Below are positions 1-10,762 of a DNA stretch of 64,000 bases, in pieces (position 1 is the stretch's first letter; the number at the start of each line of letters is the position of its first letter). The DNA comes from a bacterium (GTDB lineage Bacteria; UBA8248). The notes under the pieces were generated by a model. It saw nothing but the letters and a program-made list of their open reading frames with translations, had not been told where the DNA came from and made no database searches. Made by a program: the position numbers and the translations under genes. The stretch is from positions 704,001 through 768,000 of the forward strand of contig OZ241996.1 of assembly GCA_965204535.1 (NCBI GenBank). The letters are read 5' to 3'.

Positions 1-2
1 GC

Positions 3-743
3 GCCATCACGGCGGTTTATGCGTATTGCCGCATGGCCGACGACATCGCCGATGAGCCAGGCGAGCTATCTGGTAAAAAAATCTCGTTGCGCGAGTGGAA
101 AGAGGCATTGGAGCAGTTGGGCGAGGAGAGTCCAGCCCACCCGATAATCGGGGAACTCGCATGGGCGTCGCGAAAATACGACTTGCCGCCGGAGCATTTC
201 CAGGCGATTTGTGACGGTGTCGCAATGGATTTGGAAGAGAGCCGATTTGAAGATTTCACGGACCTTGAAAATTATTGTGACAAGGTGGCGTCCGCCGTAG
301 GGCTGGCGTGTCTGGGCATCTTTGAGGCGAAATCAGTTTTTGCGAAAGACTACGCCGTTTGTTTGGGCAGAGCGCTACAGATGACGAACATTTTGAGAGA
401 CGTATGGGAAGATGCGGAACAGGGACGCATTTATATTCCGCGAAGCGAAATGGAGAAGTATGGAGTAACGGTATCCGATTTGAGAGACAAAAACGATACT
501 TCCGAGGTTTTAAGCCTTCTTCGGTTCCTGGCGCATCGGGCGCGTGAATACTATGAGGGGGCGAACGAAGCTTTGAGTTGCGAGAAGACAGGAAACCTTC
601 TTCCCGCCAGAATCATGGGCCGAATTTATCGGAGACTTCTGAGCGAGATGGAGGAGAATCATTTTCGACATATGGATTATCGCCCCTCTTTGAAGTCCAG
701 GGAAAAACTCCTGGAAGCGCTTCGCTGTTTTCTGGAAGCATAA
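3..743 (+). CDS. hpnD: Squalene/phytoene synthase family, presqualene diphosphate synthase HpnD-like (5' partial)
   Basis: Frame is open from base 3 (AITAVYAYCRMADDIAD); has the DDxxD motif and QMTNILRDVWED...GRIYIP; abuts hpnE. Confidence 0.8.
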   Translation, partial: AITAVYAYCRMADDIADEPGELSGKKISLREWKEALEQLGEESPAHPIIGELAWASRKYDLPPEHFQAICDGVAMDLEESRFEDFTDLENYCDKVASAVGLACLGIFEAKSVFAKDYAVCLGRALQMTNILRDVWEDAEQGRIYIPRSEMEKYGVTVSDLRDKNDTSEVLSLLRFLAHRAREYYEGANEALSCEKTGNLLPARIMGRIYRRLLSEMEENHFRHMDYRPSLKSREKLLEALRCFLEA

Positions 744-2099
744 ATGCCTGAACCTGTCGGATTCGAGCGACCGGTTGTCATCGTCGGCGGCGGCGCCGCA
801 GGGCTGTCCGCTGCCTTACGCCTTGCCGAGTCGGGCATCAAAGTAATCGTGCTCGAGGCGGGGAAGTTGCTCGGCGGCCGGGCGCGCAGTTTCATTCACT
901 CATCCACGGGTTTGGAGCTGGACTGGGGCCCGCATTTGTTCATGGCGGCCAATCCGGCGTTGCGCTCATTGTTGGAAAGAGTTGGCGCCACTGATGATGT
1001 TTTGTTCTCACCCTCCCTGGAAGTGAGCTACCGGATTCGGGAAGCGGATTCGGCTAGACGCACGCAATTGTCATTTCCGGAAGGTGGAGGAGTTTTGGCG
1101 CAACTCCGGGGCTTGCTCAAATGGCGTGGCCCTCGTCTTGGGGAGAAAGTGAATCTTCTGAAAGGTCTTTCGAAGATAATTTCCGAATCGAATGATGAAA
1201 ACCCGAATGAATCCATGTATGAAATGCTGGGGCGGCTGGGCCAGAAGGATGAAACAGTGCGCTGGTTTTGGGAGCCGTTTGCGCGCGCGGTGTTGAACTT
1301 GCCTTTGGAGCAGGGGAGTGCGGAATTGTTCAAGGCGGTGATTCGGGAAGCCTTCGCCGATGGACCAAAGGGAGCTGCGCTGGGGGTGCCGATGAAGGCT
1401 TTGGGAACGCTTTGGGCGAATAGAGCAGCTCAACGCATCCGGCACCACGGCGGAGAGTTGAGGCTTCAGCAGCCCGCCGTCGGGTTCGACGTCAAGAATT
1501 CAATAATGAGGGGCGTGATTCTGAAAGAGAGCGAGACCTTGCATGCGGCTGCCGTTATTTCCGCCGTGCCGCCTGACGCCCTTGGCAGACTGCTGGGCGG
1601 GGAACTCAGTGAGCGGGCGCCCTTCTCGAATCTGGGAAAACTACGCCCGGGGCCTATTGCCAGCGCCTATTGCTGGCTTGAGGAACCGGATGAGGGGCCT
1701 CCTTTCGAAGCGATTGTAGATGAGGAATGGGACTGGCTGTTTCGCCCGGAATCCAGTGGAAAAGGCGCGAGGAATCTGGTGTGTCTGTTGGCAGGAGCGG
1801 AAGATTCCATCGCATCTGCTGAGCGATCGACTATCGAGTCTTCTGCGAGAGATTGTCTGAATCGAATGATTCCCGGTAACCATATTCGAGATATTTTGGT
1901 GGTGCGGGAGCGCGCCGCTACCTGGGCGAACGGGGTAGCGGAGCAAAGATACCGGGTAGATACGAAAACGCCGATAGAGGGTTTTTTTCTGGCTGGAGAC
2001 TGGACTCGCACGGGATTGCCGGCCACCGTAGAGGGTGCGGTGAGAAGCGGGGAAAATGCAGCACAGGCGGTTTTAGAGTATACCGAGGCCAGCGTGTAG
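744..2099 (+). CDS. hpnE: Hydroxysqualene dehydroxylase, FAD-dependent
   Basis: GGGAAG FAD motif, GGRARS, C-terminal LAGDWTRTGLPATVEGAVRSG; directly follows the hpnD-like gene. Confidence 0.85.
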   Translation: MPEPVGFERPVVIVGGGAAGLSAALRLAESGIKVIVLEAGKLLGGRARSFIHSSTGLELDWGPHLFMAANPALRSLLERVGATDDVLFSPSLEVSYRIREADSARRTQLSFPEGGGVLAQLRGLLKWRGPRLGEKVNLLKGLSKIISESNDENPNESMYEMLGRLGQKDETVRWFWEPFARAVLNLPLEQGSAELFKAVIREAFADGPKGAALGVPMKALGTLWANRAAQRIRHHGGELRLQQPAVGFDVKNSIMRGVILKESETLHAAAVISAVPPDALGRLLGGELSERAPFSNLGKLRPGPIASAYCWLEEPDEGPPFEAIVDEEWDWLFRPESSGKGARNLVCLLAGAEDSIASAERSTIESSARDCLNRMIPGNHIRDILVVRERAATWANGVAEQRYRVDTKTPIEGFFLAGDWTRTGLPATVEGAVRSGENAAQAVLEYTEASV

Positions 2100-2135
2100 C
2101 TTTTACCCGATGAGATACGATGATAGGGAGGAAAG

Positions 2136-2342
2136 TTATTCTTCTTGTTTGGTTACATTCGCCGCCTGAAGTCCTTTGGGACCTTGGGTGATCTCGAATG
2201 TGACCTTTTCACCTTCTTTCAGTGATTTGAATCCATCCGCAACGATGGCGGAAAAGTGAACGAAGATGTCGTCGCCATCTTCCCGAGAAATGAAGCCATA
2301 CCCCTTTTTGTCGCTAAACCACTTCACTGTTCCTTCTGGCAC
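2136..2342 (-). CDS. Cold-shock protein (CspA family)
   Basis: GTVKWF, KGYGFI (RNP1) and IFVHFS (RNP2); 68 aa. Confidence 0.95.
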   Translation of the reverse strand: MPEGTVKWFSDKKGYGFISREDGDDIFVHFSAIVADGFKSLKEGEKVTFEITQGPKGLQAANVTKQEE

Positions 2343-2505
2343 TTACAATCCTCCCGCGCGAGACCCCTCATGAGGTCGAGGATATCATGCCCAGCCCCAG
2401 CCTGGACTCTGATTCACAAGGGAATGCGAACTCCCCCCATCAAAGCGAACGAGATACAGTATAACATGCGTTGTTGAGAAGATTGTGTCAAGCAAAAAAT
2501 TTCCA

Positions 2506-4131
2506 TTACTCTGCGCGAACGTCTTTTGAAGCCACATAGCCGTCAGGATTGATAACGGCGTCGATGACCCAGGGTATATCGGATGAAAATGCACGAGCGA
2601 GTGCATCTTTCAATTCTTTTTCAGTAGAAACTCTCTCGCCCTCACAACCCAGTCCTTTCGCCACCGACGAATAGTCGGAATCTCGGAACTCGGTGCCAAA
2701 ACGCGGGAAAGAGCGGTTGTCTTGTTTGATTTTGATCAGGTTCAGGTAGCGGTCGTTGAATACGACGGTGACGAAGGGGATATTTTCTCGAACGGCGACT
2801 TCCATGTCGCCAATCCGCATGAGAAAACCCCCATCCCCGGTGAGGCAGACAACCGGTGTGTCTGGTTCGATTAACTTGGCGGCCATAGCGGCGGGTGTGG
2901 CAACCGCCATCGAACCCAGCCCGCTGGAGGTCAGATAACCCAGAGGGCGCCTCGTCTCCCAAATGTCATTGGCGAGTACTTTATGGCTCCCTGCATCCGC
3001 GGTCATGATACCGTTGTCGGGGAGACATTCCCGCGCAATCCGAATGACGGCACCGGGCATCAAGCCCTCTCCGGTGGGGAACAATTCGGATTGCCTCATT
3101 TTTTTATAGGAATCCATCTCCTCGGTGTTCCAGGCATGGCTGGGGGAGACGGTAGCGCTCAACTCCCTGAGGATGTCGGCAAGGTGGCCAACGACTTCAA
3201 TTTCCGGCCGAATCAAATCATCGAGATGCGGAACTTCATCGAGATTGATCACTTTCTGGGGATAGTCCCAGTATCCGGGTGCAAACACTTCCACCGTGTC
3301 GAATCCCACCAACAGAAACAAGTCCGACTTGTCTATCAATTCCCGTTCTGAGGGAGCGCCTCGGAAGGTGCCCATGGCAAGGGGATGGTGTTCCGGCAAG
3401 GCGCCTTTCGCCGAAGGTGCGGCGAGAACGGGCGCACCGAGTTTTTCGGCGAATGATATGAATTCTTTTTCCGCTTCTCGTCCCGAGCGGTTTATCTGGA
3501 GTCCTGCTATCACTATCGGGTTTTTCGACTCCGAAATTGCGTTGAGAGTTGCGCCGATGCCAGGGTGTGCCGACCCGGTGCGGCCGATAAATTTTTCTGG
3601 GGTCTCCTTGGGGGGGAAATCGTCTTCTGAAGCGCTTGCCAGCATGACGTCGTAGGGGAGGTCCACATGCACGGGACCCGGCCTTCCCTCCACCGCCAAG
3701 GCCAGTGCCCGCCTGATGGCTACCGCGGCGTTGTCTTTCGCGAGCTTAATCGTACCTTTCGTAATTGGAAGAAATAAACGATCCTGATCGAGTTTTTGCC
3801 GTCCCTGACGTCGAAACTGCTCGTCGGAGAAGCGGTCGGTCAAAATGAGACAGGGAGCACGCTCAAGATAGTTGTTTGCCACGCCGTGGAGGACCGCAGC
3901 CGCCCCCGGGCCGACACCCGTACTCACGACTCCCGGTCGTCCAGTCATGATGCCGTACGTTCCCGCCTTCACGGCTGCGCTGCTCTCGTTGCTGCATAGG
4001 ATGTAGCGGATGTTCCGCTTTCTCGCAGCTTCGATGAGTTCGACGGAACTTAAACTTCCAGGAACCCCGAAAATGAATTCGATGCCCGCGTCTTGAAGGA
4101 CTTCCGCCACAACGTCGGCATACGTAGACAT
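2506..4131 (-). CDS. Thiamine pyrophosphate-binding enzyme (acetolactate synthase-like)
   Basis: IFGVPG, NESSA, GPVHVDLP, GDGGFLM...FND TPP motif; start moved to MSTYAD. Confidence 0.88.
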   Translation of the reverse strand: MSTYADVVAEVLQDAGIEFIFGVPGSLSSVELIEAARKRNIRYILCSNESSAAVKAGTYGIMTGRPGVVSTGVGPGAAAVLHGVANNYLERAPCLILTDRFSDEQFRRQGRQKLDQDRLFLPITKGTIKLAKDNAAVAIRRALALAVEGRPGPVHVDLPYDVMLASASEDDFPPKETPEKFIGRTGSAHPGIGATLNAISESKNPIVIAGLQINRSGREAEKEFISFAEKLGAPVLAAPSAKGALPEHHPLAMGTFRGAPSERELIDKSDLFLLVGFDTVEVFAPGYWDYPQKVINLDEVPHLDDLIRPEIEVVGHLADILRELSATVSPSHAWNTEEMDSYKKMRQSELFPTGEGLMPGAVIRIARECLPDNGIMTADAGSHKVLANDIWETRRPLGYLTSSGLGSMAVATPAAMAAKLIEPDTPVVCLTGDGGFLMRIGDMEVAVRENIPFVTVVFNDRYLNLIKIKQDNRSFPRFGTEFRDSDYSSVAKGLGCEGERVSTEKELKDALARAFSSDIPWVIDAVINPDGYVASKDVRAE

Positions 4132-4235
4132 GCAATTCCTCTTGGCGAGCGCGAATTGTGGATAAGTTCGAATGATAATACCATATTTCAATGGCTGAGA
4201 TAGGGGAAGACGCTCACTAACCGGGGAGTGGCATT

Positions 4236-5078
4236 TTGTCGTTGAGTGACTCGCAATTAGAGGCGGTCTGTCATTTATTCAATGATGGCTCATCGCGTGT
4301 AAGGACGGCTTTGGACCGCCAGGTTGCCGAATTTTCGACTGAGGAGCAGAAAAGACTTCTGGATATGATGAAGAAGCATGAGACGAGCGAGGTGATACTG
4401 CCGCCATCGCTTCGGGAATTTCATTACAGTCAAATCGAGATTGCTTTTTCGGACTGGTCTCTTTCCTCGGTGGATGGTGTGGATCTGGAAGACGCTTGCT
4501 TCTTGTTGGCGTCTTTCGGCCATCCGCTCGAAAACATGGAAACGAAAAGAGACGAACTGCTGGGTATGGAAAATCATTTGCGGAGGCGATTGGAGGGTAT
4601 AGTCAAAGCCGATGCCATTGTCGACGAATTCGTGGAGTATCTACATGGGGAGCTTCGCTTCGATGGCGAGCGGGACAATTATTATGATGCGCAGAACAGT
4701 TTCATGAATCGCGTATTGGAGCGCAGGCGCGGCATCCCCATATCGCTTTCCGCTTTGTATTTGATTTTTGCCGGGCGGTTGGGACTTCCCTTTTACGGAG
4801 TCGGAATGCCGGGACATTTTATCGTGAAATACCAAGGTGATGAGCAACCCATATTTTTGGATCCCTTCGACAGGGGAAAACGCTTAAGCGTAGGGGATTG
4901 CGCGGCGATTGTGCGGAGCTTCGGGTATCATTTCGACATGCGGTTTTTACAGGAAACTCCCCCTCGCCGCATTGTGGAGAGAATGATCAACAATCTGCTT
5001 GGAGTTTATAAACGTGACGGAGAAGAAGAAAAGGCAACCTGCCTGCTTCGCTGTCGAGAACTGGTGCAACGAGTCTAA
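4236..5078 (+). CDS. SirB1 / transglutaminase-like family protein
   Basis: NYYDAQNSFMNRVLERRRGIPISLS and GVGMPGHF motifs. Confidence 0.85.
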   Translation: MSLSDSQLEAVCHLFNDGSSRVRTALDRQVAEFSTEEQKRLLDMMKKHETSEVILPPSLREFHYSQIEIAFSDWSLSSVDGVDLEDACFLLASFGHPLENMETKRDELLGMENHLRRRLEGIVKADAIVDEFVEYLHGELRFDGERDNYYDAQNSFMNRVLERRRGIPISLSALYLIFAGRLGLPFYGVGMPGHFIVKYQGDEQPIFLDPFDRGKRLSVGDCAAIVRSFGYHFDMRFLQETPPRRIVERMINNLLGVYKRDGEEEKATCLLRCRELVQRV

Positions 5079-5101
5079 AACTATCGTCGAGGAAAAGGGG
5101 T

Positions 5102-5566
5102 ATGGACTACTTTGAGTTGGCGGAAAATCTGGTGTTCGGGAGTCAGCCGGACCGGAAGGATATGGAATCTCTGGCGAATAAGGGGATTAAAACCCTGGTC
5201 AATTTGCGTTTCGCCGATGAGGAAGAACCGGAGTTGCCACCCGATGCAGAACGAGAGGCAGCGAGGGAACTGGGAATGGACTTTGTGAATATTCCCGTGA
5301 ACGCCGCCACCATAAACGATGCGTTATCCGGACAAATCCATGAAGCGCTCCATGAGGCCAGGAAAGACGGTCCGGTATACGTTCACTGAAAAGGCGTGGG
5401 GCGAGCCGGGATTTGCTCGCTTGTTCACTTGGCCGAAGAAGAAGGCCTAAGCGGAGACGAAGTGCTGCAAAAAGCCCGAGAGATTGGTTTTGACTGGGCG
5501 GCCTCGTCCATCGGAGGGTATTTCGAGGAATTCGCCAACCGCAAGAAGAATACCGGCGCATCGTAG
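5102..5566 (+). CDS. DUF442/Blh-type sulfurtransferase / phosphatase-like protein, predicted selenoprotein (UGA 5387-5389 = Sec)
   Basis: GSQP...GIKTLVNLR N-terminus; the UGA falls at the catalytic position VYVH-U-KGVGR (family HCxxxxR); frame stays open for 58 more codons to TAG 5564-5566. Confidence 0.8.
5401..5420 (+). promoter_or_regulatory. Putative bacterial SECIS hairpin
   Basis: GCGAGC-CGGGATTT-GCTCGC, starting 11 nt after the UGA. Confidence 0.65.
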
Positions 5567-5587
5567 AATGGCGTCGCAGCTATAAGT

Positions 5588-5620
5588 AAAGAGGGGAGTC
5601 GTTTTCTCCCCTCTTTTTTT
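5588..5620. terminator. Intrinsic terminator between convergent genes
   Basis: AAAGAGGGGAG-loop-CTCCCCTCTTTTTTT. Confidence 0.75.
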
Positions 5621-5631
5621 GTGTTCAACCT

Positions 5632-7323
5632 CTATTCGTCCGTCACGCAACCCTCCGATGCGGAAGATACGCACTTGGCGTACTTGTAGAGTGTGCCCTT
5701 GGTGAATTTAAGCGGGGGCGCACTCCAGTTCTGTCGCCGTCGCTCTATCTCCTCCTCGGGCACTTTGAGTTCCATGACGCGGTTTTGGGCGTCAATCAAA
5801 ACAATGTCGTCGTCTTCAACGAGAGCAAGCAGGCCGCCGGTTTGGGCTTCAGGCGTGACATGTCCGACGACGAAACCATGCGTGCCGCCCGAGAACCTCC
5901 CGTCCGTGATAAGGGCGAGGTCGTTTCCGAGGCCGGCTCCCATGATTGCGGACGTAACCGTCAGCATCTCCCGCATTCCGGGACCGCCCCTGGGGCCTTC
6001 GTAGCGGATGATGACGACGTCTCCTTTTTCAACCCTGTTTTCCTCCAGTCCTTTGAGGGCGTCTTCCTCGGAATCGAAACAACGCGCGGGACCCTCGAAG
6101 CGTTCTCCCTCTTTTCCTGTGATCTTGGCGACGGCGCCCTCACTCGCAAGGTTTCCGTAGAGAATCTGGAGGTGGCCTGTTTTCTTGATGGGAGAAGAAA
6201 GCGGCACGATGACTTTCTGTCCCGTATGAAGGTCAGGCAAGGCTTCGATGTTTTCTCCGAGTGTCTGGCCTGTGACGGTGAGGCAATCGCCGTGGAGAAG
6301 ACCTTTTTTCAAAAGAAGTTTTTGAACGGCCGGCACGCCGCCCACGTCGTGGAGGTCTTCCATGACGAATTTTCCGCTGGGCTTCAAATCTGCAACGTAA
6401 GGCGTTCTGTCGCTGATTTCCTGAAAGTCGTCAATCGTGAGTTCGATCCCGACGGCCTTGGCGATGGCGATGTAGTGTAAGACAGCGTTCGTCGAGCCGC
6501 CGAGCGCCATGATGATGGTGATCGCGTTCTCGAAAGCTTCTCTCGTCATGATGTCGCTGGGCTTGATGTCGTTTTCGAGCAGGTGATAGACGGCTTTCCC
6601 CACGTCGAGACACTCGTTTTTCTTGTCCTCACTCATGGCGGGATTCGATGAACTGTAGGGCAGGCTCATGCCCAGCGTTTCAATGGATGAGGACATCGTG
6701 TTCGCCGTATACATCCCCCCGCAGGCCCCACCGCTCGGGCAGGCATGCCGGATGACCGCCTGGAAGCGTTCTTCGTCGATTTTATCCGAGAAATATTCGC
6801 CATAGGCCTGGAAGGCGGAGACCACGTCCAGCTTGTCTCCATTCAGAAACCCCGGGCTGATGGTGCCGCCATAAACCATCAGGCTGGGCCGGTTGAGCCG
6901 CGCCATCGCCATGATGGAGCCGGGCATGTTCTTATCGCAGCCGGGGAGTGTGACGAGGGCGTCATACCATTGCGCTCCGACGACGGTCTCGATCGAATCG
7001 GCGATGAGGTCCCGGGATTGCAGGGAGTATTTCATGCCCTCCGTGCCCATGGAGATACCGTCGCTCACGCCGATCGTGTTGAAAATGAGACCGACCATTT
7101 TCTTCTCGGCGTTCACGCTTTGCTTGATGTATTCGGCGAGCCGGTTGAGGTGAAAATTGCAGGAATTTCCCTCCCACCACATGCTGGCGATGCCGACCTG
7201 GGGGTTTTTCATGTCGATTTCATCCAGCCCCGCGCCGTAGAGCATGGCCTGTGAGGCGGCCTGTGAGGGCGGCTGAGTGATGCGCCGGCTAAATCGATTC
7301 AGGGCTGTTTTCTGCTCCATCAT
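5632..7323 (-). CDS. ilvD: Dihydroxy-acid dehydratase
   Basis: [37 protein letters not shown] motifs. Confidence 0.97.
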   Translation of the reverse strand: MMEQKTALNRFSRRITQPPSQAASQAMLYGAGLDEIDMKNPQVGIASMWWEGNSCNFHLNRLAEYIKQSVNAEKKMVGLIFNTIGVSDGISMGTEGMKYSLQSRDLIADSIETVVGAQWYDALVTLPGCDKNMPGSIMAMARLNRPSLMVYGGTISPGFLNGDKLDVVSAFQAYGEYFSDKIDEERFQAVIRHACPSGGACGGMYTANTMSSSIETLGMSLPYSSSNPAMSEDKKNECLDVGKAVYHLLENDIKPSDIMTREAFENAITIIMALGGSTNAVLHYIAIAKAVGIELTIDDFQEISDRTPYVADLKPSGKFVMEDLHDVGGVPAVQKLLLKKGLLHGDCLTVTGQTLGENIEALPDLHTGQKVIVPLSSPIKKTGHLQILYGNLASEGAVAKITGKEGERFEGPARCFDSEEDALKGLEENRVEKGDVVIIRYEGPRGGPGMREMLTVTSAIMGAGLGNDLALITDGRFSGGTHGFVVGHVTPEAQTGGLLALVEDDDIVLIDAQNRVMELKVPEEEIERRRQNWSAPPLKFTKGTLYKYAKCVSSASEGCVTDE

Positions 7324-7469
7324 TATTTTCTCCTGTTCTCTTCTTTTCTTGCTGAGAAAAACGATTCAAATCGCGTCGCGTTGATTTTTGCGTTTGGGGC
7401 GGAAAAACCCTCACCAGATAGTCGCACAGTTTCTGGCATATCTATATACCAAGGACATCATGAGCGACT

Positions 7470-8750
7470 CTACCACAACCTCAAGAAAATCGCGGAGGGG
7501 AAGCTCTCAGGCGTAGAAGGAAACATTTTTTTCTTCGCTGGCTTCGGAGATACGGGTTTCGAAGGAACCGTGGTGGGGTCTTCCGTTTTTTCAGAATTAT
7601 CCATGAGAGAAGCCGTAACAGGTGCGCGGCTCGGTGATTTTTCGGGATTCGATTTTATTTTTACTCCCGCGGTATTCACTTTTTTCACGATCTGTTGATT
7701 CGTATCCTGCGGCTTCGCGGGGAGATGATTTCTTTTCTCATGGGTGATTTCTTTTTGAGGCTCTTTGGCTGCAGTAGTGACCACGCTTGCCTGGCGGCTT
7801 CGAATAGCCTGGGTTTTTGGCGCAGGATGCGAGCCGTTGCCGTTTAGCGCCGGTTTCGGTGTTTTCTTTTCGGAATTGGTTTTTTTGACGTTTCGGGTTT
7901 TTTCTTCCGGCGGCTTGGGAGAGGGCCTCGTTTTGGGCTTTCCGGCCTCGAGGCTTCTTTTTTCTTTCAGGATTGGTTTTGTTTTTGCGGGCGCCCGAGT
8001 ATGTTTTCGCGGCGTTTGAACTTGAACCGGCTTGGTATGAATCCTTTTCTGTCCACATCCGCGCAGACGGTCGAGATTCTGGGCGTCCAGGGGCTGAGAA
8101 CACACATCGCGCGCATTCGACTTATGGGCGACTTCTATGCCGTCTATGAACCCATCCCCATCACTGTCGGCGAGGAGCGGATTCAAGCCGCGCGAAATTT
8201 CATCCCCATCGTCGAGCAGGTCGCCGTCCGTATCCGCCTTGAGCGGATTGGTCCTGTACCGGCGGATTTCCAAAGAGTCGGATATTTTGTCCTCATCTGT
8301 ATCAGGATTGTCCGGTTTTGTTTTGTATTTTCGGAATTCCACTATATCGGTGAGGCCGTCGGCATCCGTATCGACGCATTGTTTTCTTTGCATCTTCTCT
8401 TCCGCGCGCTTGATGGCCGCCCGCGCCCTCCTGATGAAACGGGTTAGTTGCGCCATGGTGGCGGTTCTTTTCTCCTCCACCGCCTGATAAACGGCGAAAC
8501 GAGCCACTCCGAAGAGCAGCGGAGCGCAAAGTCCCAAGTCGCCTTTTTGGTCAAGTCGGTCGAATTCACGGGTCAGTTGGGTGAATTCTACTTCAATGGC
8601 GTTTTTCAGGATTTTGACGGAGCTTTCCTTGACTTTGGGAAGAAAGGGGTCGGCGCAGCCGGACAGACTTATTCCCAAAGCGAGCAGAATGAAGAGCGTT
8701 GAAGATCTGAAAAAGTGCTTTTTCGTGTCAGACAATTTCCATATCCTCAC
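7470..8750 (-). CDS. Lipoprotein with DxDxDG calcium-binding (TSP3-like) repeats and Lys/Pro-rich tail
   Basis: Lipobox LSGC; repeats DTDADGLTD, DTDEDKISD, DTDGDLLDD, DSDGDGFID. Confidence 0.65.
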   Translation of the reverse strand: MRIWKLSDTKKHFFRSSTLFILLALGISLSGCADPFLPKVKESSVKILKNAIEVEFTQLTREFDRLDQKGDLGLCAPLLFGVARFAVYQAVEEKRTATMAQLTRFIRRARAAIKRAEEKMQRKQCVDTDADGLTDIVEFRKYKTKPDNPDTDEDKISDSLEIRRYRTNPLKADTDGDLLDDGDEISRGLNPLLADSDGDGFIDGIEVAHKSNARDVCSQPLDAQNLDRLRGCGQKRIHTKPVQVQTPRKHTRAPAKTKPILKEKRSLEAGKPKTRPSPKPPEEKTRNVKKTNSEKKTPKPALNGNGSHPAPKTQAIRSRQASVVTTAAKEPQKEITHEKRNHLPAKPQDTNQQIVKKVNTAGVKIKSNPEKSPSRAPVTASLMDNSEKTEDPTTVPSKPVSPKPAKKKMFPSTPESFPSAIFLRLW

Positions 8751-8869
8751 GATTCATCACTTCTTGTTTGCATGCGCTCTATTCTTTCGTACCATACATC
8801 AATTGGCGGCTGAATTTCACATCTCATTGTTGTTATTGCCATTATTTATTTTTCACCCGGGGATGAAGA

Positions 8870-9643
8870 TTGAGTGATTCCCAGCAAAAACTCATCGAGC
8901 AAGCGGCGGCATGGGTTTTGGAATCTCGCTCCACCGTATGCCTTACTGGAGCCGGCATAAGCACTGAAAGCGGCATCCCCGATTTCAGGTCCAAAGGTGG
9001 AATCTGGGATCGGTTCGACCCAAAGGATTTCGAAATTCGTCGATGGCTTGCTTCAGAGGCAATACAAAGACGCTACTGGGAAGTCGCCCAGGACGGGTAC
9101 GATTTGGTCCAAAACGCCACTCCTTCGGGTGGGCATTTCGCCTTGGCGAAATTGTCCCGATACGGTCGTCTGAAATTGCTTGTGACGCAAAATACAGATG
9201 GGCTTCACCAGAAAGCGGGTCATGACCCGGACGAGGTCGTGGAATTGCACGGGACGAGTCATGTGTGCGTTTGTGTGGGTTGCGGGATGAAATTACCTCG
9301 TTCTGAAGTCCACGTACGGGTTCGGGGTGGTGAGGCAATTCCAAAGTGCAAGGACTGTGGGGCCTTGCTGAAACCGGATGCCGTTTTCTTTGGAGAGGGG
9401 TTATCCTCGGCAAAATTATCCCGCGCCGTTGAGGCATCAAGAAAGGCCGAGGTTTTTCTGGTGGCCGGGTCCTCATTGGCGGTCAGGCCGGCAGGAGGAT
9501 TGCCCGAGCGCGCCAGAAAAGCAGGGGCGCGCCTCATCATCGTGAACGAAGGCCCCACCCGTTTCGACGCCAAAGCGGACTTACGGATTCAAGGGAAAAC
9601 GGGCGAGGTGTTGCCTGCGCTCGTAGACGCGATTCTCGCTTGA
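8870..9643 (+). CDS. cobB: NAD-dependent protein deacylase (sirtuin)
   Basis: GAGISTESGIPDFRS, TQNTDGLH, ELHG, two CxxC, GSSL. Confidence 0.88.
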   Translation: MSDSQQKLIEQAAAWVLESRSTVCLTGAGISTESGIPDFRSKGGIWDRFDPKDFEIRRWLASEAIQRRYWEVAQDGYDLVQNATPSGGHFALAKLSRYGRLKLLVTQNTDGLHQKAGHDPDEVVELHGTSHVCVCVGCGMKLPRSEVHVRVRGGEAIPKCKDCGALLKPDAVFFGEGLSSAKLSRAVEASRKAEVFLVAGSSLAVRPAGGLPERARKAGARLIIVNEGPTRFDAKADLRIQGKTGEVLPALVDAILA

Positions 9644-9810
9644 GCTTGTTTGAAGGGTAGATTTTTTGATCTTCAAGGCCCTGGATGATAGAGTCGACGG
9701 CGAATCCTGAACATATCACCGGATGATCATCGCCCGGGGATTCAACTGACGCCTGACGATATCCTTCCAGGATATTTTTGCAGCACAATGATGAAAGGGA
9801 GGGAGTGCTC

Positions 9811-10746
9811 GTGGCCACGCATGAACTGGATACCACCGTCGATACCTGCCATTGGGGCTTTTATGACTCAGCTCTTGCTCCCGTCATGACGATCGCTTCC
9901 GGCGATACGCTCGTCGTGAAAACCGAGTCTGGACGCAAAGATTTTCTGCAAAAACATCCCGAGAGAGTCTCGGATAATCTGAGGCGAATCCTGGAGACGA
10001 TGGAACAGGGACCCGGTGCGCACATCATGACGGGTCCGGTGGCGGTCGAAGGCGCCGAACCCGGCGATGTTCTGGAGATCAAGATTCGTGATATCAGACC
10101 CCGGTATGATTGGGGTTACAACGGTTTCAGGCCCCTGGTGGGTGGTCTGCCGGAGGATTTCCCTTATACGAGGGTTGTGATTGTCGAGGTGGACGAGGAG
10201 AGTGGAACGGGCGACTGGGGCGCGGGTGTCAAGGTGCCGCTCGGGCCTTTTTTCGGAAATTTCGGTGTGGCACCCGCTCCGGTGCTTGGGCGCGTGCCGT
10301 CGTCTCCCCCGGGAGAGTGGGGCGGCAATACGGATTGTAAGGAATTCACGGCCGGCTCGACGATTTATTTACCTGTTTTCACCGAAGGCGCCTTGTTCTC
10401 CGTGGGCGACGGGCATGGCTGCCAAGGGGATGGGGAGGCGAACATCAACGGAATCGAGATGGGCCTCATCGGCACTTTCGGGATGACCGTCCGCAAGGAC
10501 ATGGACATCAAGACCCCGCGCGCGGAGACGGAATCGCACTACATATTGATGGGTTTTGACCCGATTCTCGACAATGCGGCGAAGATGGCCTTACGCGAGA
10601 CGATTCAGTTTCTGGGTGAGCTTCGGGGCATGAGCCGGGATGATGCGTACAGGTTGTGCAGCCTGGCGGTCGACCTGCGCGTGACCCAAATCGTGAACGG
10701 CACCAAGGGCGTTCACGCCATGGTGCCCAAATCTTTATTCGAATAA
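9811..10746 (+). CDS. Acetamidase/formamidase family protein (copy 1)
   Basis: HIMTGPVAVEGAEPGD, GGNTD, GDGHGCQGDGE; GTG start after a GGGAG RBS. Confidence 0.9.
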   Translation: MATHELDTTVDTCHWGFYDSALAPVMTIASGDTLVVKTESGRKDFLQKHPERVSDNLRRILETMEQGPGAHIMTGPVAVEGAEPGDVLEIKIRDIRPRYDWGYNGFRPLVGGLPEDFPYTRVVIVEVDEESGTGDWGAGVKVPLGPFFGNFGVAPAPVLGRVPSSPPGEWGGNTDCKEFTAGSTIYLPVFTEGALFSVGDGHGCQGDGEANINGIEMGLIGTFGMTVRKDMDIKTPRAETESHYILMGFDPILDNAAKMALRETIQFLGELRGMSRDDAYRLCSLAVDLRVTQIVNGTKGVHAMVPKSLFE

Positions 10747-10762
10747 GTTTCATATTTATAAG

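Noticed and set aside
8870-9643. Sirtuin as an anti-phage SIR2
   Set aside because: Classic Zn-binding CobB-type deacylase in a housekeeping context.
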